The translations under genes were made by a program, and so were the position numbers. The notes beneath the pieces were generated by a model. That model searched no databases. It saw only the letters and a list, made by a program, of their open reading frames with translations, and was not told the DNA's origin. 64,000 bases of DNA from Escherichia coli (lineage in GTDB: Bacteria; Pseudomonadota; Gammaproteobacteria; Enterobacterales; Enterobacteriaceae), in assembly GCF_003334305.1 (NCBI RefSeq), contig NZ_QOWS01000001.1; one strand, given 5' to 3'. Within the stretch, counting starts at the first letter, position 1. Every line of letters starts with the position of its first letter. Shown piece after piece: positions 16,510 through 29,640 of this stretch.

Positions 16510-17292
16510 ATGAAGAAGTCGATTCTCGCTCTGTCTTTGTTAGTCGGTCTCTCCGCAGCGGCTTCCAGCTATGCGGCGCTACCGGAGACGGTACGTATCG
16601 GAACCGATACCACCTATGCGCCGTTCTCGTCGAAAGATGCTAAAGGTGATTTTGTTGGCTTTGATATCGATCTCGGTAACGAGATGTGCAAACGGATGCA
16701 GGTGAAATGTACCTGGGTTGCCAGTGACTTTGACGCGCTGATCCCCTCACTGAAAGCGAAAAAAATCGACGCCATTATTTCGTCGCTTTCCATTACCGAT
16801 AAACGTCAGCAGGAGATTGCCTTCTCCGACAAGCTGTACGCCGCAGATTCTCGTTTGATTGCTGCCAAAGGTTCACCGATTCAGCCAACGCTGGATTCAC
16901 TGAAAGGTAAACATGTTGGTGTGCTGCAGGGATCAACCCAGGAAGCTTACGCTAACGAGACCTGGCGTAGCAAAGGCGTGGATGTGGTGGCCTATGCCAA
17001 CCAGGATTTGGTCTATTCCGATCTGGCTGCAGGACGTCTGGATGCTGCGTTACAAGATGAAGTTGCTGCCAGCGAAGGATTCCTCAAGCAACCTGCTGGT
17101 AAAGATTTCGCCTTTGCTGGCTCATCAGTAAAAGACAAAAAATACTTCGGTGATGGCACCGGTGTAGGGCTACGTAAAGATGATGCTGAACTGACGGCTG
17201 CCTTCAATAAGGCGCTTGGCGAGCTGCGTCAGGACGGCACCTACGACAAGATGGCGAAAAAGTATTTCGACTTTAATGTCTACGGTGACTGA
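16510..17292 (+). CDS. argT: Lysine/arginine/ornithine-binding periplasmic protein
   Basis: 260-aa translation with signal peptide; close paralogue of the adjacent hisJ. Confidence 0.92.
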   Translation: MKKSILALSLLVGLSAAASSYAALPETVRIGTDTTYAPFSSKDAKGDFVGFDIDLGNEMCKRMQVKCTWVASDFDALIPSLKAKKIDAIISSLSITDKRQQEIAFSDKLYAADSRLIAAKGSPIQPTLDSLKGKHVGVLQGSTQEAYANETWRSKGVDVVAYANQDLVYSDLAAGRLDAALQDEVAASEGFLKQPAGKDFAFAGSSVKDKKYFGDGTGVGLRKDDAELTAAFNKALGELRQDGTYDKMAKKYFDFNVYGD

Positions 17293-17512
17293 TACGTCGC
17301 TGGGAAGCTGTACCTGATGGAATGATCATCATGGTGCACGCCAGGTTTGTTGCACTATCGTGGTGCATTGAAATGCATACTTAAGCATTTTTAATGAAAA
17401 ATAATACGTCTAACGGGGCGGGATATTTTGCCTTGATGGTCAATTTTATGGCACGATAAGTGTAACAAACCTGTAAATATTCCCTATAAAAAGACTGTCA
17501 GTTGAGGACATT

Positions 17513-18295
17513 ATGAAAAAACTGGTGCTATCGCTCTCTCTGGTTCTGGCCTTCTCCAGCGCAACTGCGGCGTTTGCTGCGATTCCGCAAAACATCCGCA
17601 TCGGTACCGACCCGACCTATGCGCCATTTGAATCAAAAAATTCACAAGGCGAACTGGTTGGCTTCGATATCGATCTGGCAAAGGAATTATGCAAACGCAT
17701 CAATACGCAATGTACGTTTGTCGAAAATCCGCTGGATGCGTTAATCCCGTCCTTAAAAGCGAAGAAGATTGACGCCATCATGTCATCGCTTTCCATTACG
17801 GAAAAACGTCAGCAAGAAATAGCCTTCACCGACAAACTGTACGCTGCCGATTCTCGTTTGGTGGTGGCGAAAAATTCCGACATTCAGCCGACAGTCGAGT
17901 CGCTGAAAGGCAAACGGGTAGGCGTATTGCAGGGCACCACCCAGGAGACGTTCGGTAATGAACATTGGGCACCAAAAGGCATTGAAATCGTCTCGTATCA
18001 GGGGCAGGACAACATTTATTCTGACCTGACTGCCGGACGTATTGATGCCGCGTTCCAGGATGAGGTCGCTGCCAGCGAAGGTTTCCTCAAACAACCTGTC
18101 GGTAAAGATTACAAATTCGGTGGCCCGTCTGTTAAAGATGAAAAACTGTTTGGCGTAGGGACCGGCATGGGCCTGCGTAAAGAAGATAACGAACTGCGCG
18201 AGGCACTGAACAAAGCCTTTGCCGAAATGCGCGCTGACGGTACTTACGAGAAATTAGCGAAAAAGTACTTCGATTTTGATGTTTATGGCGGTTAA
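17513..18295 (+). CDS. hisJ: Histidine-binding periplasmic protein
   Basis: 260-aa translation with signal peptide, matching HisJ. Confidence 0.92.
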   Translation: MKKLVLSLSLVLAFSSATAAFAAIPQNIRIGTDPTYAPFESKNSQGELVGFDIDLAKELCKRINTQCTFVENPLDALIPSLKAKKIDAIMSSLSITEKRQQEIAFTDKLYAADSRLVVAKNSDIQPTVESLKGKRVGVLQGTTQETFGNEHWAPKGIEIVSYQGQDNIYSDLTAGRIDAAFQDEVAASEGFLKQPVGKDYKFGGPSVKDEKLFGVGTGMGLRKEDNELREALNKAFAEMRADGTYEKLAKKYFDFDVYGG

Positions 18296-18319
18296 TCGCC
18301 ATCGGTGAAAGAAAGCCCG

Positions 18320-18343
18320 CTCCCTTCGGGTAACCGGAGGGAG
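18320..18343 (+). other. Intercistronic stem-loop between hisJ and hisQ
   Basis: ctccc…gggag inverted repeat with inner ccgg pairing; the classical position of a REP-type mRNA-stabilising structure in the his transport operon. Confidence 0.5.
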
Positions 18344-18384
18344 ACAAGAGGCGGTAATTCACCACACACGACAGGACAGGCAGC

Positions 18385-19071
18385 ATGTTGTATGGGTTTT
18401 CAGGTGTTATTTTACAGGGTGCGCTCGTCACGCTGGAGCTGGCTATCAGTTCTGTAGTGCTCGCTGTAATCATCGGTTTAATTGGCGCTGGCGGTAAGCT
18501 CTCGCAAAATCGGCTTTCGGGGCTGATTTTCGAAGGGTACACCACGCTGATTCGAGGCGTGCCGGACTTGGTGTTGATGCTGCTGATTTTCTACGGTTTG
18601 CAGATTGCACTAAACACGGTGACGGAGGCGATGGGCGTCGGGCAGATTGATATCGATCCGATGGTCGCTGGTATTATTACTCTCGGTTTTATCTACGGTG
18701 CTTATTTTACCGAAACGTTCCGTGGCGCGTTTATGGCAGTGCCGAAAGGGCATATAGAGGCGGCGACGGCGTTCGGTTTTACTCGTGGGCAAGTGTTTCG
18801 GCGGATCATGTTTCCGGCGATGATGCGTTACGCCCTGCCAGGCATTGGCAACAACTGGCAGGTGATCCTCAAATCTACCGCACTGGTTTCGTTACTCGGC
18901 CTGGAAGATGTGGTCAAAGCCACCCAACTGGCAGGCAAAAGTACCTGGGAACCGTTCTATTTCGCCATCGTCTGTGGCGTGATTTACCTGGTTTTCACCA
19001 CTGTTTCCAATGGTGTGCTGCTGTTCCTTGAGCGCCGCTACTCCGTGGGTGTGAAGAGGGCTGACCTGTGA
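18385..19071 (+). CDS. hisQ: Histidine ABC transporter permease HisQ
   Basis: 228-aa membrane translation matching HisQ. Confidence 0.92.
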   Translation: MLYGFSGVILQGALVTLELAISSVVLAVIIGLIGAGGKLSQNRLSGLIFEGYTTLIRGVPDLVLMLLIFYGLQIALNTVTEAMGVGQIDIDPMVAGIITLGFIYGAYFTETFRGAFMAVPKGHIEAATAFGFTRGQVFRRIMFPAMMRYALPGIGNNWQVILKSTALVSLLGLEDVVKATQLAGKSTWEPFYFAIVCGVIYLVFTTVSNGVLLFLERRYSVGVKRADL

Positions 19072-19784
19072 TCGAAATCTTACATGAATACTGGAAACCG
19101 CTGCTGTGGACCGACGGTTATCGCTTTACTGGTGTGGCGATCACTCTGTGGCTGCTTATTTTGTCGGTAGTGATAGGCGGAGTCCTGGCGCTGTTTCTGG
19201 CGATTGGTCGTGTCTCCAGTAATAAATACATCCAGTTTCCAATCTGGTTATTTACCTATATTTTTCGTGGTACGCCGCTGTATGTTCAGTTGCTGGTGTT
19301 CTATTCCGGCATGTACACGCTTGAGATTGTTAAGGGAACCGAATTCCTTAACGCTTTCTTCCGCAGTGGCCTGAACTGTACCGTGCTGGCGCTGACGCTT
19401 AACACCTGCGCTTACACTACCGAGATTTTTGCTGGGGCAATCCGTTCGGTTCCGCATGGGGAAATTGAAGCCGCCAGAGCCTATGGCTTCTCGACTTTTA
19501 AAATGTATCGTTGCATTATTTTGCCTTCTGCGCTGCGTATTGCGTTACCGGCATACAGCAACGAAGTGATCCTGATGCTGCACTCTACTGCGCTGGCGTT
19601 TACGGCCACTGTGCCGGATCTGCTGAAAATAGCCCGCGATATTAACGCCGCCACGTATCAACCTTTTACCGCCTTCGGCATTGCCGCGGTGCTCTATTTA
19701 ATCATCTCTTATGTCCTGATCAGCCTCTTTCGCAGAGCGGAAAAACGCTGGTTGCAGCATGTGAAACCTTCTTCAACGCACTGA
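19068..19784 (+). CDS. hisM: Histidine ABC transporter permease HisM
   Basis: 238-aa membrane translation; start overlaps the hisQ stop. Confidence 0.92.
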   Translation: MIEILHEYWKPLLWTDGYRFTGVAITLWLLILSVVIGGVLALFLAIGRVSSNKYIQFPIWLFTYIFRGTPLYVQLLVFYSGMYTLEIVKGTEFLNAFFRSGLNCTVLALTLNTCAYTTEIFAGAIRSVPHGEIEAARAYGFSTFKMYRCIILPSALRIALPAYSNEVILMLHSTALAFTATVPDLLKIARDINAATYQPFTAFGIAAVLYLIISYVLISLFRRAEKRWLQHVKPSSTH

Positions 19785-19791
19785 GAATACG

Positions 19792-20565
19792 ATGTCCGAG
19801 AATAAATTAAACGTTATCGATTTGCACAAACGCTACGGCGAACATGAAGTGCTGAAAGGGGTCTCACTGCAAGCGAATGCCGGAGATGTAATAAGCATCA
19901 TCGGATCGTCGGGATCGGGGAAAAGTACCTTTCTGCGCTGCATTAACTTCCTCGAAAAACCGAGTGAAGGGTCGATCGTGGTCAATGGCCAGACGATCAA
20001 TCTGGTGCGCGACAAAGACGGTCAACTCAAAGTCGCCGATAAAAATCAACTGCGCTTACTGCGCACACGCCTGACGATGGTATTCCAGCACTTCAATCTC
20101 TGGAGCCATATGACGGTGCTGGAAAACGTCATGGAAGCGCCGATTCAGGTGTTGGGCCTGAGCAAGCAGGAAGCGCGCGAGCGGGCGGTGAAGTATCTGG
20201 CAAAAGTCGGGATAGACGAACGTGCGCAGGGGAAATATCCGGTGCATCTTTCCGGCGGTCAGCAACAGCGTGTTTCTATCGCGCGGGCGCTGGCGATGGA
20301 ACCGGAAGTTTTACTGTTTGATGAACCTACCTCGGCGCTCGATCCTGAACTGGTAGGCGAAGTGTTACGTATTATGCAGCAACTGGCAGAAGAGGGGAAA
20401 ACCATGGTGGTAGTGACTCACGAAATGGGCTTTGCTCGCCATGTTTCTACTCACGTCATTTTCCTCCATCAGGGGAAAATAGAAGAAGAGGGCGCGCCGG
20501 AGCAGTTATTTGGCAACCCGCAAAGCCCTCGTCTGCAACAGTTCCTTAAGGGATCGCTGAAATAA
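19792..20565 (+). CDS. hisP: Histidine ABC transporter ATP-binding protein HisP
   Basis: 257-aa translation with Walker A (GSSGSGKST), ABC signature (LSGGQQQR) and Walker B. Confidence 0.95.
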   Translation: MSENKLNVIDLHKRYGEHEVLKGVSLQANAGDVISIIGSSGSGKSTFLRCINFLEKPSEGSIVVNGQTINLVRDKDGQLKVADKNQLRLLRTRLTMVFQHFNLWSHMTVLENVMEAPIQVLGLSKQEARERAVKYLAKVGIDERAQGKYPVHLSGGQQQRVSIARALAMEPEVLLFDEPTSALDPELVGEVLRIMQQLAEEGKTMVVVTHEMGFARHVSTHVIFLHQGKIEEEGAPEQLFGNPQSPRLQQFLKGSLK

Positions 20566-20569
20566 TTTC

Positions 20570-20602
20570 CTCTCCGGTGGCTAACGCTGCCGGAGTATTT
20601 TC
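20570..20602 (+). terminator. Rho-independent terminator after hisP
   Basis: ctccgg…ccggag stem followed by tatttt. Confidence 0.55.
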
Positions 20603-20761
20603 ATGGGGAATTTGCGAGTCAGCTTCCGCTGAAATGTAAAAGTTGCAGTCCGCTAAAAATACTTCTGAATTCGCTGTCCAAAGATAAAAACTGCCTGCTG
20701 CATTGGGTGTTAATCGTGGTTATTGTCGCGTCATCTTAAATTTGAGGGGTGACGGAACGCC

Positions 20762-21664
20762 ATGACAATATCGACAACTTCCACGCCGCATGATGCGGTA
20801 TTTAAATCTTTTTTACGCCATCCAGACACCGCGCGGGATTTTATTGATATTCATCTTCCCGCGCCGCTGCGCAAACTGTGTGATTTAACGACGCTTAAAC
20901 TGGAACCAAACAGTTTTATTGATGACGACCTGCGGCAATATTATTCCGACCTCTTGTGGTCTGTGAAAACGCAGGAGGGAGTGGGTTATATTTATGTAGT
21001 GATAGAGCACCAAAGTAAGCCGGAAGAATTAATGGCTTTTCGCATGATGCGTTATTCCATTGCGGCAATGCAAAACCATCTTGATGCGGGCTATAAAGAG
21101 CCTCCATTGGTGATCCCGATGCTGTTTTATCATGGTTGCAGAAGTCCTTATCCTTATTCACTCTGCTGGCTTGATGAATTTGCTGAGCCTGCGATTGCCC
21201 GTAAAATATATTCATCGGCTTTTCCGTTGGTGGATATTACCGTGGTGCCGGATGACGAGATTATGCAACACCGCAAAATGGCGCTGTTGGAGTTAATTCA
21301 GAAACATATTCGTCAGCGCGATCTGTTGGGATTAGTCGACCAAATTGTTTCGCTGCTAGTTACAGGGAACACTAATGACAGACAGCTAAAAGCCCTGTTT
21401 AATTATGTATTACAAACGGGAGATGCCCAGCGTTTCCGTGCATTTATTGGTGAGATAGCAGAACGCGCACCACAAGAAAAGGAGAAACTGATGACCATTG
21501 CTGACAGATTACGTGAAGAAGGGCGGAATGATGGATTAATTCTGGGCAAACGCGAAGAAGCCCTGCGTATTGCTCAGGAGATGCTGGATAGAGGTTTAGA
21601 CAGAGAGTTAGTTATGATGGTGACCCGACTATCGCCAGACGATCTTATAGCGCAAAGCCACTAA
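20762..21664 (+). CDS. rpnB: Recombination-promoting nuclease RpnB (YhgA-like, PD-(D/E)XK family)
   Basis: 300-aa translation matching the Rpn/YhgA-like family. Confidence 0.85.
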   Translation: MTISTTSTPHDAVFKSFLRHPDTARDFIDIHLPAPLRKLCDLTTLKLEPNSFIDDDLRQYYSDLLWSVKTQEGVGYIYVVIEHQSKPEELMAFRMMRYSIAAMQNHLDAGYKEPPLVIPMLFYHGCRSPYPYSLCWLDEFAEPAIARKIYSSAFPLVDITVVPDDEIMQHRKMALLELIQKHIRQRDLLGLVDQIVSLLVTGNTNDRQLKALFNYVLQTGDAQRFRAFIGEIAERAPQEKEKLMTIADRLREEGRNDGLILGKREEALRIAQEMLDRGLDRELVMMVTRLSPDDLIAQSH

Positions 21665-21711
21665 CCCTGTAACACCGGGAGTTAACTGGCGGATGTTTGC
21701 AGTAAACCACA

Positions 21712-22605
21712 TCAGCGAACGACATCCGCCAGCGCCTCTTCTAAATCGTACCAACGAAACGCAAAACCCGCTTCTTCCAGCCGTTTAGGCAGCGCGCGTT
21801 GTCCACCTAATACCAGTACTGAAGATTCGCCCATTAACAGCCGAATGGCGGTTGCGGGGACGCGCAAAATAGCCGGGCGATGCAGCGCATGACCGAGCGC
21901 ATGGGCAAATTGTTCATTGCGTATCGGGTAGGGCGAAACCATATTAAATGGCCCGCGCAGCTCGTTATCCAGCAGCCAGAGAATGCCGTTGACCATATCA
22001 TCGATATGAATCCAGGCAAGATACTGCCGACCGGAACCAATCGGCCCGCCCAGGCCAAGACGAAACGGTGGCAGCATTTTACCGAGAATACCGCCGTCCG
22101 GTGCCAGTACCACGCCGGTTCGCAGCAGGCACACTCGCGTTTTGTCACTTTGCGCCCGGCAGGCAATCTCTTCCCAGCGGGCGCAGAGTTTATGAGTAAA
22201 TTCGTTATGCGGCGGTTCCTCTTCGGTAACCACCACTTCACCTAAGTCGCCATAATAGCCCGTTGCCGAGCCGGAAATGAGTACCGACGGCGGCGTGTCG
22301 CTGGCATTAATCAAATCGACCAGTTTTTGCGTGATATTCCAGCGGCTTTGGCAGAGACGCTCTTTTTGCTCGTGAGTCCAGCGTTTATCAGCAATCGGTT
22401 CTCCGGCCAGGTTGATTACCGCATCAACGCCGTTGAGGTTGCTTTGATCGGCTAGCCCTTGCCATAGCGTCACCCGAGGGCCGAGAACGGAACTGGCTTT
22501 CTGTGGGTTACGCGTCACTACCGTGATTTGATGGCCCAGCTCCAGCAAACGCGGAATCAAATGGCGACCAATTAATCCCGTCCCTCCGGTGATCACTATG
22601 TTCAT
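21712..22605 (-). CDS. yfcH: Epimerase-family protein YfcH (NAD-dependent epimerase/dehydratase fold)
   Basis: 297-aa translation with N-terminal Rossmann motif (ITGGTGLIG). Confidence 0.88.
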   Translation of the reverse strand: MNIVITGGTGLIGRHLIPRLLELGHQITVVTRNPQKASSVLGPRVTLWQGLADQSNLNGVDAVINLAGEPIADKRWTHEQKERLCQSRWNITQKLVDLINASDTPPSVLISGSATGYYGDLGEVVVTEEEPPHNEFTHKLCARWEEIACRAQSDKTRVCLLRTGVVLAPDGGILGKMLPPFRLGLGGPIGSGRQYLAWIHIDDMVNGILWLLDNELRGPFNMVSPYPIRNEQFAHALGHALHRPAILRVPATAIRLLMGESSVLVLGGQRALPKRLEEAGFAFRWYDLEEALADVVR

Positions 22606-22625
22606 GCAGCCTCCCGATATGGCGG

Positions 22626-22988
22626 TTAACGCTGCCAGCTTAAGGTCATGGATACCGAATCGGCGTAGCGCAGCGCGTGCAGTTTATCGATCTCCACTTC
22701 AGCATACGTCACCCAGTGATGTTCACGTGCGATATCGAGCACATCCTGAGTTAGTTTTTCCAGCAAAGAGAAACGGTTATTCTCTACATGCTGAATAATG
22801 TTTTTCGTTACGGTGCGATAATTCAGCGCATCGTTGATATCTTCGCTAGTGCGCGCTTTATCGGCGGGGTAGTGGATCGTCACATTGATAACAATATCCT
22901 GACGGTTGTTAATTTCTTCTTCCTTAATTCCGATAAACGTACGCAAACGAAGGTTCTTTATACGAATAATAGCGGCAGGTTGTGCCAT
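22626..22988 (-). CDS. folX: Dihydroneopterin triphosphate 2'-epimerase
   Basis: 120-aa translation matching FolX. Confidence 0.9.
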
Positions 22989-23044
22989 TGCAGGTTCTCC
23001 GTTGTTTTACTTAGGATGAAATAATACACGAGAACCTGTTTCTG

Positions 23045-24521
<1,477 letters not shown>

Positions 24522-24524
24522 TGA

Positions 24525-25079
24525 GTGATGAAACTGATGTTTGCATCGGACATTCATGGGTCGTTACCGGCGACGGAACGTGTTCTGGAGTTGTTTGCCC
24601 AAAGCGGTGCCCAGTGGCTGGTGATCCTTGGCGACGTGTTGAATCACGGCCCGCGTAATGCTTTACCGGAGGGTTACGCGCCAGCCAAAGTCGCTGAACG
24701 GCTTAATGAAGTGGCACATAAGGTTATCGCTGTGCGCGGCAACTGCGACAGCGAAGTGGATCAAATGCTGCTGCATTTCCCGATAACCGCGCCGTGGCAA
24801 CAGGTATTACTGGAAAAACAACGTCTGTTTTTGACGCATGGTCATCTTTTTGGCCCGGAAAATCTACCTGCTTTAAACCAGAACGATGTGCTGGTGTACG
24901 GTCATACCCATCTGCCAGTGGCAGAACAGCGGGGGGAGATTTTCCACTTCAACCCCGGCTCGGTGAGTATTCCGAAAGGCGGTAATCCGGCGAGTTATGG
25001 CATGCTGGATAATGACGTACTTAGTGTAATCGCACTCAATGATCAAAGTATCATTGCGCAGGTCGCGATTAATCCGTAA
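24525..25079 (+). CDS. yfcE: Calcineurin-like metallophosphoesterase YfcE
   Basis: 184-aa translation with metallophosphatase motifs (DIHG…GD…GNCD…GHTH). Confidence 0.88.
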   Translation: MMKLMFASDIHGSLPATERVLELFAQSGAQWLVILGDVLNHGPRNALPEGYAPAKVAERLNEVAHKVIAVRGNCDSEVDQMLLHFPITAPWQQVLLEKQRLFLTHGHLFGPENLPALNQNDVLVYGHTHLPVAEQRGEIFHFNPGSVSIPKGGNPASYGMLDNDVLSVIALNDQSIIAQVAINP

Positions 25080-25136
25080 TTTACCCACAACTCAAAATGC
25101 GCCGTAAGAGCGCCAGAAAAAGAAGGTTTCCTGATA

Positions 25137-25679
25137 ATGGAACAGCGTCGTTTGGCAAGTACTGAATGGGTGGATATTGTCAATGAAGAGAACGAAGTCA
25201 TTGCACAAGCCAGCCGGGAACAAATGCGGGCACAGTGTCTGCGTCATCGTGCAACTTACATCGTCGTGCATGATGGCATGGGCAAAATTCTGGTCCAGCG
25301 TCGTACCGAGACAAAAGACTTTTTACCCGGCATGTTAGATGCGACCGCAGGCGGTGTGGTCCAGGCCGATGAGCAACTGCTGGAATCCGCGCGTCGCGAA
25401 GCGGAAGAAGAGTTGGGCATTGCCGGTGTCCCCTTTGCCGAGCACGGGCAGTTCTATTTCGAAGATAAAAATTGCCGTGTCTGGGGCGCGTTGTTCAGCT
25501 GCGTCTCTCACGGTCCCTTCGCCCTACAGGAAGATGAAGTCAGTGAAGTTTGCTGGCTGACGCCGGAAGAAATCACCGCACGCTGCGATGAGTTCACTCC
25601 AGACTCGCTGAAAGCGCTGGCGTTGTGGATGAAGCGCAATGCCAAAAATGAAGCCGTAGAGACTGAAACGGCAGAATGA
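25137..25679 (+). CDS. yfcD: Nudix hydrolase YfcD
   Basis: 180-aa translation with Nudix box (…[10 protein letters not shown]…). Confidence 0.85.
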
Positions 25680-25711
25680 AAAAAGAGCCGCAATTGCGGC
25701 TCTTAACATTT

Positions 25712-27232
25712 TTAGTGGTAGCCCATCAACTGAGCGCCGATCACTACGACGCTGGACATAATAAACAGCAGTCCAAGTAGGGTCGCGCCCACCTTCAGCC
25801 AGTTACGGAAGTCCACCCTGCACACACCGAGAGTTGCCATTAACGAAGCTGAGGTTGGGTAAATGATGTGACTGAAGCCATCACCAAACTGGAATGCCAG
25901 CACGGTAACCTGACGGTTAACACCGACCAGATCGCCAAGCGGTGCCAGTAACGGCATGGTTAACGCCGCCTGACCAGAACCGGACGTCACGAAGAAATTA
26001 AATACCGCCTGGAAGAGCAACATAAACCAGGCCGCGACCGCGTTGTCCAGACCGCTAATGGCATTGGCAATGCTGTTGAGGATGGTATTTAACACGCTGG
26101 CATCACCCGCTTCACCATTACCGACCAGCAGCAAAATCCCTTTGGCGAAACCCACCAGCAGGGCAGGGGCGATCATCATTCGCGCCCCTTCGGTAAAGGA
26201 TGAAGCCATGGTATTAACCGTCATGCCGTTAAGGCGGAAAACAACGCCGATGATGCCAATCACCAGACCCATGGTGAAGAACTGGCTGGCAATTTCTGGA
26301 ATAAACCAGGCATTAACGATCACGCCCCAAATCACCCAGACCATTACGGCGGTCAGGACAATCAATACCAGCCAGTCACCAAAGGTAAACGGACGTTGTT
26401 CAACATCCGCCTGCTTTTCACGAAAGAAGCGGTCGGACTCATGCACGCGTGACAGAAGAGGATTCTTTTTCACTCGTGAGGCGTACACCATGGTAAAGAT
26501 CAGGCCAATCATAGTGGCGATAACCCACACCACGATGCGCAACCCGGAGCCAGAAAGCACCGGAACGCCGGCAATCCCCTGAGCAACGACCACACAAAAC
26601 GGGTTCATCCACGAACTGGCAAAACCGATTTGCGTGGCAATATAGGTCACCAGGACGGTGGTAATACTGTCATAGCCCAGCCGGACCATTAGCGGTGCGA
26701 TGATAATGGCAAAGGCGACGGCCTCTTCTCCCATACCAAATACCGCGCCGCCAAGTGAAAACAGAATAAACAGCGCAGGAATAAAGAGAATTTCATTCCC
26801 GCGGGTATGGCGAATAAGCGCCAGGATACCGTTATCAATGGTTCCTGTACGCATCACAATGCCAAACGCGCCGCCAATCACCAGCATAAACATGATGATG
26901 CCAACGGCTGTCCCGTATTTCGATCCTGAGGTTAATCCTTCAAACGGGAAGTTCATCAGGCCCGGGCGTTCATCGCCCGTCGTGAACAGCTGTACGCGGT
27001 GATACTCAGGTTCGCCTGCTTCGTTAGTCAGAATGCGAAATGAGTGTGGATCTACGACTTTGCGTGTTTTTGTTTGACCATCAACCTGATACTGCACTTC
27101 CTGACTGTCAAACATCCCCACCGGAACTACCCAGGTGGCAAGGCTGGTTAAAATAGCAACAAAAAAGATAATCACCAACGTATCGGGCATTGCCCATCTT
27201 CTTGTTGGTTTGGATTCAGTGATTGCGGACAT
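25712..27232 (-). CDS. yfcC: Inner membrane transporter YfcC
   Basis: Translation from MSAITESKPTRRWAMPDT… (506 aa), highly hydrophobic; the ORF-track start at 27253 is an upstream extension. Confidence 0.8.
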   Translation of the reverse strand: MSAITESKPTRRWAMPDTLVIIFFVAILTSLATWVVPVGMFDSQEVQYQVDGQTKTRKVVDPHSFRILTNEAGEPEYHRVQLFTTGDERPGLMNFPFEGLTSGSKYGTAVGIIMFMLVIGGAFGIVMRTGTIDNGILALIRHTRGNEILFIPALFILFSLGGAVFGMGEEAVAFAIIIAPLMVRLGYDSITTVLVTYIATQIGFASSWMNPFCVVVAQGIAGVPVLSGSGLRIVVWVIATMIGLIFTMVYASRVKKNPLLSRVHESDRFFREKQADVEQRPFTFGDWLVLIVLTAVMVWVIWGVIVNAWFIPEIASQFFTMGLVIGIIGVVFRLNGMTVNTMASSFTEGARMMIAPALLVGFAKGILLLVGNGEAGDASVLNTILNSIANAISGLDNAVAAWFMLLFQAVFNFFVTSGSGQAALTMPLLAPLGDLVGVNRQVTVLAFQFGDGFSHIIYPTSASLMATLGVCRVDFRNWLKVGATLLGLLFIMSSVVVIGAQLMGYH

Positions 27233-27348
27233 AGCGCAAATATTCCCTTGCACAAAACAAAGTGGTAAGTATGCAAAGTGAGATGGCGCAATTCATTGAT
27301 GCAGCGCAGTTAAGCAAGATAATCAGAAAGGATTAATGCAAATTAAGA

Positions 27349-27383
27349 GAATAAAAAACCGGAAATAGTGATTATTTCCGGTT
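27349..27383 (-). terminator. Rho-independent terminator downstream of pta (minus strand)
   Basis: aaccggaaata / tatttccggtt 11-bp stem followed on the minus strand by a U-rich run; a second perfect hairpin (atccgcagc-gcaaa-gctgcggat) sits at 27389-27411 immediately 3' of the pta stop. Confidence 0.6.
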
Positions 27384-27421
27384 CAGATATCCGCAGCGCA
27401 AAGCTGCGGATGATGACGAGA

Positions 27422-29566
27422 TTACTGCTGCTGTGCAGACTGAATCGCAGTCAGCGCGATGGTGTAGACGATATCGTCAACCAGTGCGCCACGGGACAGG
27501 TCGTTAACCGGCTTGCGCATACCCTGCAGCATCGGCCCGATGGAGATCAGGTCGGCAGAACGCTGTACCGCTTTGTAGGTGGTGTTACCGGTGTTCAGAT
27601 CCGGGAAGATGAACACGGTAGCGCGACCTGCAACCGGAGAGTTCGGCGCTTTGGATTTCGCAACGTCAGCCATTACCGCAGCGTCGTACTGCAGCGGACC
27701 GTCGATCATCAGGTCAGGACGTTTTTCCTGCGCCAGACGAGTTGCTTCGCGAACTTTTTCTACGTCGCTACCTGCACCAGAAGTACCGGTGGAGTAGGAG
27801 AGCATAGCAACGCGCGGTTCGATACCGAAGGCCGCAGCGGAATCAGCGGACTGAATCGCGATTTCTGCCAGCTGTTCAGCGGTCGGATCCGGGTTGATCG
27901 CACAGTCACCGTAAACGTAAACCTGTTCCGGCAGCAGCATGAAGAACACGGAAGATACCAGGGAGCTGCCCGGTGCAGTTTTGATCAGCTGCAGCGGCGG
28001 ACGGATGGTGTTTGCGGTAGTGTGAACAGCACCGGAAACCAGACCATCAACTTCATCCTGTTCCAGCATCAGCGTACCGAGCACCACGTTGTCTTCCAAC
28101 TGTTCGCGGGCAACGGTTTCGGTCATGCCTTTGTTCTTACGCAGTTCGACCAGACGACCAACATAGCTTTCGCGAACCACTTCTGGATCAACGATTTCAA
28201 TCCCTGCACCCAGTTCTACACCCTGAGACGCTGCAACACGGTTGATCTCTGCCGGATTACCCAGCAGTACGCAAGTTGCGATACCACGTTCAGCACAGAT
28301 AGCGGCTGCTTTAACGGTACGCGGTTCGTCACCTTCCGGCAGTACGATACGTTTGCCCGCTTTGCGCGCAAGTTCAGTCAGCTGATAACGGAACGCAGGC
28401 GGAGACAGACGACGGCTGCGCTCAGAAGTGGCAGTCAGAGATTCGATCCAGTCAGCGTTGATGTAGTTAGCAACGTATTCCTGAACTTTCTCGATACGCT
28501 CGTGATCGTCAACCGGAACTTCCAGGTTGAAGCTCTGCAGGCTCAGAGAGGTCTGCCAGGTGTTGGTGTTCACCATAAATACCGGCAGGCCGGTAGCGAA
28601 AGCACGTTCGCACAGTTTAGAAATGCGCGCGTCCATTTCGTAGCCGCCAGTCAGCAGCAGGGCACCGATTTCTACGCCGTTCATGGCTGCCAGGCAAGCG
28701 GCCACCAGCACGTCAGGACGGTCTGCGGAAGTCACCAGCAGAGAACCGGCACGGAAGTGCTCCAGCATGTGCGGAATGCTGCGTGCGCAGAAAGTGACGG
28801 ATTTAACGCGGCGAGTATTGATGTCGCCTTCGTTGATGATGGTCGCATTCAGGTGGCGAGCCATATCGATCGCACGAGTCGCGATCAGGTCAAAGCTCCA
28901 CGGCACAGCGCCGAGAACCGGCAGCGGGCTGGATTCTTGCAGCTTCGCCGGATCAACATTGTTTACTTTAGCTTTGGAAGAGTCGTCGAAAATCTCGGAC
29001 AGATCCGGGCGAGTACGACCCTGTTCATCAACCGGTGCGTTCAGTTTGTTAACGATAACGCCGGTGATGTTGGTGTTTTTGGCACCGCCGAAGCTGTTGC
29101 GGGTCAGTTCGATACGCTCTTTCAGCTGTTCCGGGGTGTCAGTGCCCTGAGACATAACGAAGACGATTTCCGCATTCAGCGTTTTAGCGATTTCGTAGTT
29201 CAGAGACTGGGCAAACTGGTGCTTACGTGTCGGGACCAGACCTTCAACCAGAACGACTTCAGCGTCTTTGGTGTTAGCGTGGTAGTTTGCGACGATCTCT
29301 TCCATCAGCACATCTTTCTGATTGCTGGAAAGCAGACCTTCAACGTAGCTCATTTTCAGCGGTTCAGCGGCCGTCGTGGTGGAAGAGTTCGCACGCACGA
29401 TAGTCGTAGTCTGATCGGGCGCATCGCCACCGGTACGCGGCTGAGCGATAGGTTTGAAAACGCTCAGACGAACGCCTTTGCGTTCCATTGCACGGATCAC
29501 GCCAAGGCTGACGCTGGTCAGACCGACGCTGGTTCCGGTAGGGATCAGCATAATAATACGGGACAC
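27422..29566 (-). CDS. pta: Phosphate acetyltransferase
   Basis: 714-aa translation matching Pta; GTG start. Confidence 0.95.
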
Positions 29567-29612
29567 GGTTTATCCTCTTTCGTTACCGCCGATTTGGCGG
29601 GTTACAAAACAG

Positions 29613-29635
29613 CACCGCCAGCTGAGCTGGCGGTG
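29613..29635 (-). other. ackA-pta intercistronic hairpin (10-bp perfect stem, 3-nt loop)
   Basis: caccgccagc-tga-gctggcggtg between the ackA stop and the pta start. Confidence 0.5.
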
Positions 29636-29640
29636 TGAAA

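Noticed and set aside
16510-18295. argT and hisJ as a possible novel tandem repeat
   Set aside because: They are the well-known diverged paralogous periplasmic binding-protein genes of the his/arg transport locus, not a recent duplication or repeat array.
27368-29638. Very long antisense ORFs opposite highly expressed genes (for example 756 aa opposite pta; 2786-4021 opposite fabB; 44145-45428 opposite nuoG; 41158-42168 opposite nuoC; 49441-50340 opposite nuoL; 51938-52825 opposite nuoM; 14549-15319 opposite purF; 62905-63738 opposite menH/menB)
   Set aside because: These are shadow ORFs from codon bias on the sense strand. Their translations are Arg/His/Gln-rich and low-complexity, lack recognisable domains or ribosome-binding sites, and each fully overlaps a well-supported gene on the other strand.
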